Part shown: positions 37,378 through 46,483 of the stretch, in pieces
Layout: every line of letters begins with the position of its first letter
How positions within the stretch are numbered: position 1 is the stretch's first letter
Translations under genes and position numbers: made by a program
Sequence record: MN445184
DNA from: Escherichia phage vB_EcoA_4HA11
Reading direction: 5' to 3' (one strand)
DNA: 64,000 bases
The notes under the pieces: generated by a model
Told to the model about the DNA's origin: nothing
Databases searched by the model: none
The model's input: only the letters and a program-made list of their open reading frames with translations

Positions 37378-38337
37378 TTACGCAGCAGCTTTCGCTTCGG
37401 CCAACGCCTGTGGCAACCATTCATTGATTGCTTTCACCAGAGATTCGGCATCAGTTTCTTTGATTTTCTGGCGTTTGGTGAATGATTTACCATTCACATA
37501 CAGACTGAACCCCCAGCCGCCGGAAACGATCGGCGCCAGATCAACATAAGTATTGGTGCGGGCGTGTGGATTGGCTTCATCTGCCAGTTCGGTAACAGGG
37601 AACTGGAACCAGCGCATATCCGGATTCACATAGCTCAAATAAACCCCAGGCACAACCCCCGATTCAACCGCAGCCAGGATAGGACCATAATTGGATGCGC
37701 GAGCCGCTTCAACCATTTCTTCACGCTTGTTATGACGACGCTTGCGTTCTTCGGTAGAAGATGCAGGGCGCATTTCAGAAGATTTCTTGGCCAGAACCGC
37801 CTTCGCGTTCGCTAAAGCCTGATCATCCTTCGGATTTTCAACGTCGGCGATTGCTTCAGCAACGGTTGTGCCCAGCATACGACGGCGAACTTCTTCAGCA
37901 CGGGCTTGCGCTTCTTCGTCAAGAACTTCTTCGCCTTCAACTACCAGGGAAATGGAACCGTCTTTGTTGACTTCAAGAGAACCGTCTTCGACGGTCTGGG
38001 AATTTTGATCACCGACAGGTTGCCCAACCGTTTCTTCGGCGTCAATCACCGGATTTGATTCACCGTCGCCCTGTTTAACCCCCGCATCTTCGGTCGGTTT
38101 AACTTTTTCGGCTTCAGCGCGGTCAAGAGCTTCGAGAGTCTCTTCTTTCTCTTCCTGGCTCAGACCTTCAATGAGTTCAAAGCCGTTGGCTGACTGGAGG
38201 ACGCCTTCCATCATACGGCGTAACGTGACGTTGCCGATGATAAGGTCTGCACCTTTGATTTCTGCTTGAAGATCAGCAGCGGTTTTACCATCAATTTCAA
38301 ATTTCAGGCCGGACTCGATATGAAGAATATAGGACAT
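37378..38337 (-). CDS. acidic hypothetical protein
   Basis: 319 aa with long Glu/Asp-rich low-complexity region. Confidence 0.5.
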   Translation of the reverse strand: MSYILHIESGLKFEIDGKTAADLQAEIKGADLIIGNVTLRRMMEGVLQSANGFELIEGLSQEEKEETLEALDRAEAEKVKPTEDAGVKQGDGESNPVIDAEETVGQPVGDQNSQTVEDGSLEVNKDGSISLVVEGEEVLDEEAQARAEEVRRRMLGTTVAEAIADVENPKDDQALANAKAVLAKKSSEMRPASSTEERKRRHNKREEMVEAARASNYGPILAAVESGVVPGVYLSYVNPDMRWFQFPVTELADEANPHARTNTYVDLAPIVSGGWGFSLYVNGKSFTKRQKIKETDAESLVKAINEWLPQALAEAKAAA

Positions 38338-38404
38338 AATAAAAACCCTTTTGTGTAGTAACCTTCTTTGGCAGTCTAATGTTCAACTGTGCGTCTGGAA
38401 CATT

Positions 38405-38433
38405 AATATACTGCCTTTTTAGAAGATGTAAAC
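38405..38433 (-). promoter_or_regulatory. early-type promoter GTTTAC-N17-TATATT
   Basis: minus strand reads GGTTTACATCTTCTAAAAAGGCAGTATATTAATG about 60 nt upstream of start 38337. Confidence 0.5.
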
Positions 38434-38510
38434 CACTTTTTATTGAAAAGTTGGTTAACACTTCTGTGTTAGACAACGGAACGCTGTATCAGCGCGGACT
38501 GGCGTGAATA

Positions 38511-38798
38511 TTAACTTTGTATATCAATATTGAAAACTGTTTCAGGTGGCCACATGGCAGACAACTCGATCTGTGTGAACTTCGGTTGAACATACTGATC
38601 TAACACTTCATCCCAGAGAGCATGTTCTATGTTAGCAATCAACAATTCGTCGTCCACTATTTCGACGGAATGAACCACTATCCGGTGGTCATAAGTCAAA
38701 GCATCGCTCACATGATCATTTTCTGCTCTCAGGTGCTGCATTATGAAATATTCGATTACAGATTCCAGTACCGTGTTCAGACGAACATATTTCTTCAT
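38511..38798 (-). CDS. hypothetical protein
   Basis: 95-aa ORF. Confidence 0.4.
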   Translation of the reverse strand: MKKYVRLNTVLESVIEYFIMQHLRAENDHVSDALTYDHRIVVHSVEIVDDELLIANIEHALWDEVLDQYVQPKFTQIELSAMWPPETVFNIDIQS

Positions 38799-38815
38799 AC
38801 AGCCCCCTGCTTGTG

Positions 38816-39562
38816 CTACAGATAGAAATTAGGGATTTCGCCGGATTCACAACCAAACCCGTTAAAATTCTGCTCAACGTGTAAGCGAATTTTATTCACC
38901 ACTACCTGACGATGCTCTTCTTCCATACAACGTTCAATCAAAGAATACGCTGTGTATGACAGACTGTTGAACAATCTGGAAATAACAAGGCAATTCTCTT
39001 CATTGTAAACGACTTCAGTATGGATTGCGAAAGCGTGGTCTTCGTCGGTAAGAATTTTACAGCCTTTGACCACAAATGGTTTTTCAAAGAAATCACGAGC
39101 TGAATCAGTGCCAGATTCTGGCATCAAACGGAAATCACCTTCTTCGCCGAAAACTGCTTTCAGATTTTCTTTACTGAATTCCGCTTCCATCTGTATACGT
39201 TTGTCGGCAAGATATTTCGCCGCAAAGTAGAATTTACCCACTGCATCATTAGCAGCGCGGCGGTTCGTAGCGGCTTGGGTATAACCAGAAACGAAGTCTT
39301 CAATGAATTCCAATGCTTCTGGTTTGCCAAAACGAATTTCGTCGCCCAGATCCAAGCTGGCTTCAGAATCAAGTTCAATACCCATAACCTTAAGAAGATC
39401 CGTTTCATTCAGCCTGTGCTGATTGAACAATTGTTCCTTGGAATATCCCAACTGGCTACCGAGTTCATATCCGGTTTTACCACCCGAATCTTTATGGGTG
39501 CGATCATAACGAACGCAATTAGAACTGAATTCAATACCAAAAATACGATGTAGCTGTGACAT
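38816..39562 (-). CDS. hypothetical protein
   Basis: 248-aa ORF. Confidence 0.45.
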   Translation of the reverse strand: MSQLHRIFGIEFSSNCVRYDRTHKDSGGKTGYELGSQLGYSKEQLFNQHRLNETDLLKVMGIELDSEASLDLGDEIRFGKPEALEFIEDFVSGYTQAATNRRAANDAVGKFYFAAKYLADKRIQMEAEFSKENLKAVFGEEGDFRLMPESGTDSARDFFEKPFVVKGCKILTDEDHAFAIHTEVVYNEENCLVISRLFNSLSYTAYSLIERCMEEEHRQVVVNKIRLHVEQNFNGFGCESGEIPNFYL

Positions 39563-39623
39563 ATCATAACCTCATGTTTATAGAAAGCCGTTCGCGAATT
39601 ATCACGTAGAACGACTTTTAGAA

Positions 39624-40328
39624 CTAACCATTTTTGTGTTTACGACGTGCGTCCTTCCAAACAGACATCTGACTCTGTTTCTGGAATCGAGCAGTACGCA
39701 TAAACAAAACGACCTCCCAATATTGCGGTTCAATTTCATAAAGTTGTGAACGAAATTGATCTGCGCGGTATAATTTGACACAATGATTGTACAAAGGGTG
39801 ATTCGCAAACCGCTTTAGCGCATCCCAGGTAAGTCTCAAACGTGTTTTAGAACGATATGCCCGTTCATTTCTCAATTTAATGAGATCTTCAAATACCAAC
39901 AATCTGAGTTTAGGCGGTAAATAATGGAGGTTTAGGCCATAAAGATAGGTCACACCACGTTCACCGAATTTCACCCCGTCCCCCTTCACAAAATTGAAGA
40001 AGAACACCAGAGGATACATATCCCAATACGGGAGTTCATCTTTAGTCAGCGCATCATATTTGAAATAATACATGCGACCAACAATATAACGCACACCCTG
40101 AACAGGACGTTTATTTTCAGCGAATGCTTTCATCATGTGATTCGGAGATAAGTTAGCATCTTTCGACACGCGCTCCATAAACCACACATGAGAACGACGG
40201 ATATTACGCTTCGCTTCCGGCCCAAAATGTTGACGATATTTGCGGATGTAACGCTTGACCAGTTCTGGGGCGTCCATCTCGGCGGGAAGCAACAACGGGT
40301 CTTCTTCACCCATAGCGTTCTTAGCCAT
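39624..40328 (-). CDS. hypothetical protein
   Basis: 234-aa basic/aromatic-rich ORF. Confidence 0.45.
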   Translation of the reverse strand: MAKNAMGEEDPLLLPAEMDAPELVKRYIRKYRQHFGPEAKRNIRRSHVWFMERVSKDANLSPNHMMKAFAENKRPVQGVRYIVGRMYYFKYDALTKDELPYWDMYPLVFFFNFVKGDGVKFGERGVTYLYGLNLHYLPPKLRLLVFEDLIKLRNERAYRSKTRLRLTWDALKRFANHPLYNHCVKLYRADQFRSQLYEIEPQYWEVVLFMRTARFQKQSQMSVWKDARRKHKNG

Positions 40329-40340
40329 TTGTCAACTCCT

Positions 40341-40348
40341 TATAAATA
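40341..40348 (+). promoter_or_regulatory. T4-type late promoter TATAAATA
   Basis: exact octamer about 35 nt upstream of GTG 40383. Confidence 0.5.
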
Positions 40349-40382
40349 TCAACAGATATATTATTTAAATGGAGTCCTCATC

Positions 40383-41324
40383 GTGGAAGACTATCGCAAT
40401 TTTCTAACGCAACTGCTTCAACGGGGTATTTCCCGCAAGAACAGATTTCGTGTTACAATTCCGTTGCCGCCTGGGATATTTGATTCCAATGCAACACTAG
40501 CAAATGATGGGAACGCATATCCTTCATCTTCATTCGGCGATTTATTCAAACAAAGCGCCCGTATTGTAAACGCATTCTTTGGAGGGACAAACCAAACATC
40601 CCGTTCCCTGCAAATGATGTGTATGGTCGCATCTTTACCTGGTACAGGGATTGACACTACTCCCATGACCAACAACGGCAACCACATTAAAATGCCGAAC
40701 AACAAGACGAACATTGATCTGGAGTTGTCGTTCCTCCTCGCCAACGATTATTATGAAAAGTCGGTCATGGACAAATGGAAGAATCTGATATTCGACCCAT
40801 ACACAACCAAGATGGGTTATTATGAAGATTTCGTGACCGATATTTGTATAGAACAAATGGATACAGAAGATCAGGTTGTTCATCGCGTTTATGTGACTGA
40901 GGCTCACCCCATCAACTTCAGTTCTATAGATCTGGATAAAAGCGCCGCCGATCAATTTAATCAGTACAACATTTCCTTTTCTTATAACAAAGTATTATCG
41001 GAGACTGAATATGAAACGCGCAGCCTCGCCAGCGATTTTCTTCCTTTGGGTATTACTGATGCTCTTGCTTCCGGAGACTGGGAAACCGCTGCGTCAAAAG
41101 CCGGACAGCTGTATAAAAAGATCAAAGAAGGAAACTTCACAGGTGAAGCCCTGCTGGCTTATAAGCAACTCGATCAGCTTGTAAACAATCTGGCTGGTAT
41201 CAGCTTGGCTGATTTCGAAAGGATCTCTATCGGCATCCAGAGGGATATATTAGGCAATGATAACCTGACGGCGTCTGAGAAGAGTAGTCTGTTGGGATTG
41301 TTACAGGATGTTGTCAAAAACTAA
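40383..41324 (+). CDS. late-expressed protein, probably virion structural
   Basis: GTG start after GGAG RBS; behind TATAAATA. Confidence 0.45.
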   Translation: MEDYRNFLTQLLQRGISRKNRFRVTIPLPPGIFDSNATLANDGNAYPSSSFGDLFKQSARIVNAFFGGTNQTSRSLQMMCMVASLPGTGIDTTPMTNNGNHIKMPNNKTNIDLELSFLLANDYYEKSVMDKWKNLIFDPYTTKMGYYEDFVTDICIEQMDTEDQVVHRVYVTEAHPINFSSIDLDKSAADQFNQYNISFSYNKVLSETEYETRSLASDFLPLGITDALASGDWETAASKAGQLYKKIKEGNFTGEALLAYKQLDQLVNNLAGISLADFERISIGIQRDILGNDNLTASEKSSLLGLLQDVVKN

Positions 41325-41344
41325 AAAGCCCCCGAAGGGGCTTT
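41325..41344. terminator. bidirectional hairpin AAAGCCCCCGAAGGGGCTTT between convergent genes
   Basis: perfect 8-bp stem; U-rich flank on minus strand after gp32 gene. Confidence 0.6.
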
Positions 41345-41351
41345 AGTGAAA

Positions 41352-42383
41352 TTAGTCTTGCTTCAGGAACTGCTCGAACTCATCAATGGAAGCCGTCTGT
41401 TTCGCATCGGCACCACCATTATTGGCTGGAACAGATTGCTGTGCATTAGAAGGCTGAGATTGTTGTTGGTTCAGACTTTCCTGCGCTGTTGGGCGCTGGG
41501 GTTCCTGAGACTGGGTAGGCGCATGTGCCATAGTAGAAGCACCACCTTCAACCAGAGGCTGATTATCAGGGATGGCCAGAACTTTGCGCAAACGTTTTTC
41601 CAGATCTTCGTACGATTTGAAGTTGGCTGGATTAAAGAACTCAAACAGACTGTGTTCTTTTTCCCAGATCTCTTCAATGTATTCGTCGGTTCCCAGCGGT
41701 GCTGGATTATCCCACTTCACGTTGGTGAAGTTGGCAACCAGGCCTTTCCAGTTTCCGAACTCTTTCTCTTCGCCGTACAGATTCAGAATCAGATTCGCGC
41801 CTTCCCACATATCGAACGGGTCGAATTTCGGGTCGGTTGAGAACTTAGGATTCTGAGCCGAATCCAGGATTTTCTTGACGGCATTACCGAACTCAAGCAA
41901 GAAGACCTTGCCGTTGTTTTCCGGATTGTTGCCATCTTTGATCACCAGGATGTTGGCGTAGTATTTGGTGTCCGGCAGACGCTTTTTGAGAACTGTTTTC
42001 AGCTTTTCATCATTCGTTTCTTTCTGTTGTGCCCACAGAGGACGGTCATGGTCACGAACAGGATCATCGTTACCGAAAGTCTGCGGAGAGTTTTCGATAT
42101 ACCAACCACCAGCGCCCTGGAATGCGTGTTTCATGATCATGGCACACGGAGTTAACACAGCATCTTCAGGGATGGTGCCTTCTTCTTTAGCCTTCATGTC
42201 CACCAAAGGGATCGACAGGAAACGAATGATGTTTTCAGAAGTACCCTTGTCATTCCAGGTCCACTTCCAGATGCGTGGGTCACGACCGCCACCAACACGC
42301 TGGCCTTGCTGAGCGAGTCGCTGTTGCATAGCTTCGGCTTGTTGGCCACGAGATTGTTTAAGACGATCAAATAAATTACCCAT
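41352..42383 (-). CDS. single-stranded DNA-binding protein gp32
   Basis: YYANILVIKDGNNPENNGKVFLLEFG and WEGANLILNLYG match T4 gp32 blocks; acidic C-terminus. Confidence 0.85.
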   Translation of the reverse strand: MGNLFDRLKQSRGQQAEAMQQRLAQQGQRVGGGRDPRIWKWTWNDKGTSENIIRFLSIPLVDMKAKEEGTIPEDAVLTPCAMIMKHAFQGAGGWYIENSPQTFGNDDPVRDHDRPLWAQQKETNDEKLKTVLKKRLPDTKYYANILVIKDGNNPENNGKVFLLEFGNAVKKILDSAQNPKFSTDPKFDPFDMWEGANLILNLYGEEKEFGNWKGLVANFTNVKWDNPAPLGTDEYIEEIWEKEHSLFEFFNPANFKSYEDLEKRLRKVLAIPDNQPLVEGGASTMAHAPTQSQEPQRPTAQESLNQQQSQPSNAQQSVPANNGGADAKQTASIDEFEQFLKQD

Positions 42384-42455
42384 TTTAATATTCCTCTATA
42401 ATCCGCCCCTTCGGGCTATTCTGTAAATGTATTTGTCAATTATTCCGACGGTGTA

Positions 42456-42484
42456 ATTATACTGCGTTTTGCTATTGAGTTAAC
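42456..42484 (-). promoter_or_regulatory. early-type promoter GTTAAC-N17-TATAAT upstream of gp32 with hairpin-containing 5' leader
   Basis: minus strand GTTAACTCAATAGCAAAACGCAGTATAAT; leader has GCCCC-UUCG-GGGC stem-loop. Confidence 0.4.
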
Positions 42485-42719
42485 CCGCAATCATTTGTTT
42501 TGCTGGGTCTATTTCAATAATGTCGTACACATCCGAGAAGGTTTTGTGTCCTTCCAAGAATGTATGGTATTCGATGACATAGGATTTACCTTCCGGCGTC
42601 GTGTAACGTACACGATCCATATCATCAGCATGTTCATTGAGGCTACCGTGACGCCAGCGGATAGAACCTGGCAGATACTCTTGCGCCTTCAACATTTTAT
42701 AGATTTGCTCTTTGCTCAT
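42480..42719 (-). CDS. hypothetical protein
   Basis: 79-aa ORF. Confidence 0.4.
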   Translation of the reverse strand: MSKEQIYKMLKAQEYLPGSIRWRHGSLNEHADDMDRVRYTTPEGKSYVIEYHTFLEGHKTFSDVYDIIEIDPAKQMIAG

Positions 42720-42728
42720 GTTACAACC

Positions 42729-42971
42729 TTAAATGAGTTTTTTAGATTTCAATTCACCCTTCAACAACCGAGCATCAGAACATTCAGCTGTTAGCCTTGA
42801 CAGAAGAGGAGGCGTGATCAATTTTTTGACCTTTGCTTCTTCGATGTCATACTCTTCACAAACACTGGCCATCGTTTCAAGGATTGATTCCTTGCGTTGG
42901 CTTGCTCTCATCAACACCAATTCGGAAAAAGAATCTGGTGTGAGCACTTGTGCTATTTGTTGATCAGACAT
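42729..42971 (-). CDS. hypothetical protein
   Basis: internal start MSDQQIAQV. Confidence 0.4.
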   Translation of the reverse strand: MSDQQIAQVLTPDSFSELVLMRASQRKESILETMASVCEEYDIEEAKVKKLITPPLLSRLTAECSDARLLKGELKSKKLI

Positions 42972-43209
42972 CGATTGTATTCCCCTTCCCTGATTGCTTC
43001 TTAATATGACGCAAAACGTCTTTGAAGCCATCAGGCGCGGACTGAGGACCACGAACACCAGATACGATCTTTGGTGCTCCGATAATCATTTTTATTTCGC
43101 CGCCACATTCAGAACATGGCTCTAATTCAGGCGTGTGACGTTCAGCACAAGATTTTCGAGCACTAAACGAATTTCCACAACCTGTACAGGCATAATCATA
43201 AAACGGCAT
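42964..43209 (-). CDS. FmdB-family zinc-ribbon protein
   Basis: internal start MPFYDYACTGCGNSFS..CSECGG. Confidence 0.5.
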   Translation of the reverse strand: MPFYDYACTGCGNSFSARKSCAERHTPELEPCSECGGEIKMIIGAPKIVSGVRGPQSAPDGFKDVLRHIKKQSGKGNTIDV

Positions 43210-43492
43210 GAATCGCCTCCAATACGTGTCGTAGAAATATAATAACTGCTCCCACCAGCGTAGAAAACAGGACAATCCTGCTTGCTTTATCACGCAGCAA
43301 AACATATTCGGCCAACATATCAGATTGATTTGCAGCTCTTACATTGACGTCACTATGTGGTGAAACCGCATAGAAAGATACCATGGCACTTAATGAATGA
43401 AGGAATGTCAAGAATCCCTTAATCCAAACAAACGCCGTCATCAACAGCAAGGCGAAAAGCAGTATATCTGCCAGCAGCCAGTAGTTAATCAT
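43196..43492 (-). CDS. membrane protein
   Basis: 98 aa, three hydrophobic helices. Confidence 0.45.
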   Translation of the reverse strand: MINYWLLADILLFALLLMTAFVWIKGFLTFLHSLSAMVSFYAVSPHSDVNVRAANQSDMLAEYVLLRDKASRIVLFSTLVGAVIIFLRHVLEAIHAVL

Positions 43493-44096
43493 TTCTTACA
43501 CCTCTATTGAAATCAGGATAATTTTCTATGAAGTAAGGACCAGAAACCATATTTGCAAACGAATCCACGAGGTCATCGATTGGCTTTGGATCCTTCACAT
43601 CCAACATGTCCATTATACCGCGCATCTTAACGTTGAACAGCTTCTCAAAGTGATCTATCATGACCAATTTGTCGGCATTTCCTTTACCACAAAAATGTTT
43701 CTTAACAAAAGACGGGGTAACAATCTGAAATTCCATATTGTTACGGCGCATCGCTTGTTTCAATAGAGATGTGTTCTCGGCGGTTTGGCATATGTTGTTG
43801 GAGTTTTTTGAATTCCCCATAGCATAGCCTTCTAGGGTGATGAAATCCGGCTTCTCTGTAAGAAGTACGGCTTCAGCCCATTTGGAAATGTTATAAAACC
43901 GTTCTTCGGGGGATTCATATTTGGGTTGACGTAAAATAAGAATATTGTGTCGCACTTGACGACAGTGCTTCTCAACGGTATGATGTGCATAGAAATGAAG
44001 ATGATCAAAATCCAGAGGATCTTTGTCGTCCCAGAAGCACATGGCTGGACAGCCGTAAGAATAGTCGATTCCGCAAAATTTCATAAAAATACCCAT
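43485..44096 (-). CDS. putative RNase H-fold (RuvC-like) nuclease
   Basis: N-terminal MKFCGIDYSYG resembles RuvC/YqgF GID motif; start 44096 or 44084. Confidence 0.3.
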   Translation of the reverse strand: MGIFMKFCGIDYSYGCPAMCFWDDKDPLDFDHLHFYAHHTVEKHCRQVRHNILILRQPKYESPEERFYNISKWAEAVLLTEKPDFITLEGYAMGNSKNSNNICQTAENTSLLKQAMRRNNMEFQIVTPSFVKKHFCGKGNADKLVMIDHFEKLFNVKMRGIMDMLDVKDPKPIDDLVDSFANMVSGPYFIENYPDFNRGVRND

Positions 44097-44133
44097 AACG
44101 AAGTTTCATTGTGTTATGGGTATTTAGACCGGA

Positions 44134-44619
44134 TTATCTGGTGACGATTTTGCTTTCCGGTAAAATCAGGCGAGGTTTGGAGTCCATTTCTTCTTGCATC
44201 TGACGTATCTGTTGCAGTAATGCAGAAGTGTCCACATGACGTTTGATCCCCCGCGCTTCATCACCATATGACACATGGCCGTTGGCGTCCACATAATGCG
44301 CGGTGCAAACCATCAAAACATAACCCAACTCACCAACGGCAACCGTTAAATCAACCACTTCGGAAGCCAAAGATTCTCCGTCAACACTGAGATTGGGTGA
44401 ATAATGGATTTTACCATCAGCCATAAATTCGCTATTCAGCATAATCATGCCAGCGATCGTTTGTACAACGGGGTTCCCCTGATCATCAGCAACGAAACCG
44501 TCGAATGCGCCTTCAAACCCTGGCGCAATTTCTCCCTTTTCATTTGTGATCACAGCGCGAAGGCGTTGAAGGATGACGTCTTGTACCTGCTGAATATCAG
44601 CGCGTTCTACGTTTGGCAT
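44134..44619 (-). CDS. hypothetical protein
   Basis: internal ATG 44619 after GGAGAA RBS. Confidence 0.4.
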   Translation of the reverse strand: MPNVERADIQQVQDVILQRLRAVITNEKGEIAPGFEGAFDGFVADDQGNPVVQTIAGMIMLNSEFMADGKIHYSPNLSVDGESLASEVVDLTVAVGELGYVLMVCTAHYVDANGHVSYGDEARGIKRHVDTSALLQQIRQMQEEMDSKPRLILPESKIVTR

Positions 44620-45121
44620 TATTGTTCTCCAGTTCATAATCCCGTTCTTTAACATATTCATAAAGACGAGAAGTAATTCGGTCGGCATTGCCTGTGGTAT
44701 TCTTCACAACCCAACCGCTCGTAAGGACATCCATTTTATATCCACAATCATTATCTTGAAAATAACTTTTAATTGATTCAAGCCGACGACGTTTATGAAA
44801 ATATGGTATTAATTCGCCAATGATGACACAATCGGGATAATGCTTATCCAGAGTGTTTATGTCTCGTTGCACCCAAACCGGAATAACATCATCATCTTCA
44901 ATTGGGCTGTACGTTGGATCAACGATAATCACATTGAATCCATAATTCAATAAATCTTTAACTCCCAGCCACCCGAATTTCATATCGGACACGGTCATGG
45001 CGACATTCTTTATCCCCAATTTATTTGCAAAATCTGTGAGTAATACAAAAAAGTCCGTGTTTGCATCCGGATAATTAATTGCGAGTTGCTCCCCCACTTT
45101 ACTGAAACAGAACGCGTGCAT
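44597..45121 (-). CDS. hypothetical protein
   Basis: 174-aa ORF. Confidence 0.4.
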   Translation of the reverse strand: MHAFCFSKVGEQLAINYPDANTDFFVLLTDFANKLGIKNVAMTVSDMKFGWLGVKDLLNYGFNVIIVDPTYSPIEDDDVIPVWVQRDINTLDKHYPDCVIIGELIPYFHKRRRLESIKSYFQDNDCGYKMDVLTSGWVVKNTTGNADRITSRLYEYVKERDYELENNNAKRRTR

Positions 45122-45134
45122 TTTCAGTCCTCGT

Positions 45135-45142
45135 TATAAATA
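45135..45142 (+). promoter_or_regulatory. T4-type late promoter TATAAATA
   Basis: exact octamer about 29 nt upstream of ATG 45171. Confidence 0.5.
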
Positions 45143-45170
45143 CAATTACAATATACCGTGGAGATACATT

Positions 45171-45977
45171 ATGAATTTACCATCATTGCCCAAAACTGAG
45201 AGAACACATAAAAGTGATTTCTGGCCGACTGTGATCAAATACCGCGCCTTTACAGCAGGGCAACAGACCATGTTACTTCAGGTTGCTGATCCGAACACTC
45301 CTATGAGTGAGCGCGTGGCAACATTGGAGCAACTATTTGACAGTTGTGTTGATGCTGGCGTTCCCTTTAGTAAACTGCCAATCGGTGTTACTGAAGAAGT
45401 ATTTTTAAAGATGCGCTGTATATCTATCGGCGAGGTCATGAAGATACGTTACAAATGTAATAACAAAGTTCAAGCCGAAACCAATGAAGGTGGTGAAGAA
45501 CCAGTTTCTGGCCTTAAAGATTGTGGTCAAGAGCTTGTGTTACCGATCCCGCTCAATCAGGTAAAATGCGTGTCCCCAGAAGGCTTCAGGGAGACGTTTG
45601 ATCTACCAGGTGGTTATCATATAAAGATGCGCCAGCCGTCCTTCTCGGATGCCTCAGTGCTTAATGAAGCATCCTCTGTTGAACAAATGATTGCCACCTT
45701 TATCGATTGTCTGTATGACGACGATGGTCAGGTTTGGAAGGTGGAAAATCCGGCTGAACCTGGTATCGATCCAGAAGTTGCTAAAGAACGCCAACGCATT
45801 AAGGATGAATTTGTCAAATGGGTCGGGGACAATATTGAATCTGAGATTGTTCAGGACATTTCGAATGATTTCTTTAAAAAGATTCCGCGTATTCGTTACG
45901 CGACAAAAATTAAATGCCCTTCGTGTGGGAAAGAACACGAAGTCAAATTTAACAGTGTCACCGAGATTTTCATTTAA
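45171..45977 (+). CDS. late protein with C-terminal zinc ribbon; possible baseplate assembly protein
   Basis: 268 aa; CPSCGKEH near C-terminus; late promoter upstream. Confidence 0.4.
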   Translation: MNLPSLPKTERTHKSDFWPTVIKYRAFTAGQQTMLLQVADPNTPMSERVATLEQLFDSCVDAGVPFSKLPIGVTEEVFLKMRCISIGEVMKIRYKCNNKVQAETNEGGEEPVSGLKDCGQELVLPIPLNQVKCVSPEGFRETFDLPGGYHIKMRQPSFSDASVLNEASSVEQMIATFIDCLYDDDGQVWKVENPAEPGIDPEVAKERQRIKDEFVKWVGDNIESEIVQDISNDFFKKIPRIRYATKIKCPSCGKEHEVKFNSVTEIFI

Positions 45978-46126
45978 TTTTTGAAATTGATTTACTCTCC
46001 TATTTTGTGATGTGTGACGAATTAAAGGCACACGGCTATAGCATATTTGAAATCAGTGAATCGATGCCGTGGCATCTTGATTTGCTTACCGAGACACTGA
46101 AAATTAGATTGTCTAAGAAATCTTCC

Positions 46127-46153
46127 AACCCCACGTAATGTGGGGTTTTCTTT
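46127..46153 (+). terminator. intrinsic terminator (AACCCCACGTAATGTGGGGTT + TTCTTTG)
   Basis: perfect hairpin and T-rich tail inside the 45978-46483 gap. Confidence 0.6.
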
Positions 46154-46454
46154 GCTTACCTGTATTACCGTTTAAGAAAGGATTGTTTAACCCGAAATTG
46201 CTATAACACCATTGTTCCTGATGTGAATGTTGTGTAAATCTGTTTTGAATTTGTTTTGAAACAAAAATAATGCTTTTCTACGCATGTTCTGAGGTGTACA
46301 GTATTTTCCTCGCCTTTATGCCTCCATGGCATTGGAATGGGACTGCCTGTCAAGGCGGTGTTACGAGCTTCAGCGAGTAGGAACGAAAAGAATAAAGGTT
46401 GAACGGAAGCAGAGCTTCCTATAATATATTATTCGACAGATTTCAAATCCCCGC

Positions 46455-46462
46455 CATAAATA
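46455..46462 (+). promoter_or_regulatory. late-promoter-like CATAAATA
   Basis: 7 of 8 match to TATAAATA, about 22 nt upstream of ATG 46484. Confidence 0.3.
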
Positions 46463-46483
46463 TCACATGATTCTAATTGACTA

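Noticed and set aside
45978-46483. tRNA or other structured RNA gene in the long intergenic gap
   Set aside because: No T-arm (GGTTCRANYC-like) or cloverleaf pattern found by eye; kept only as a finding to be tested.
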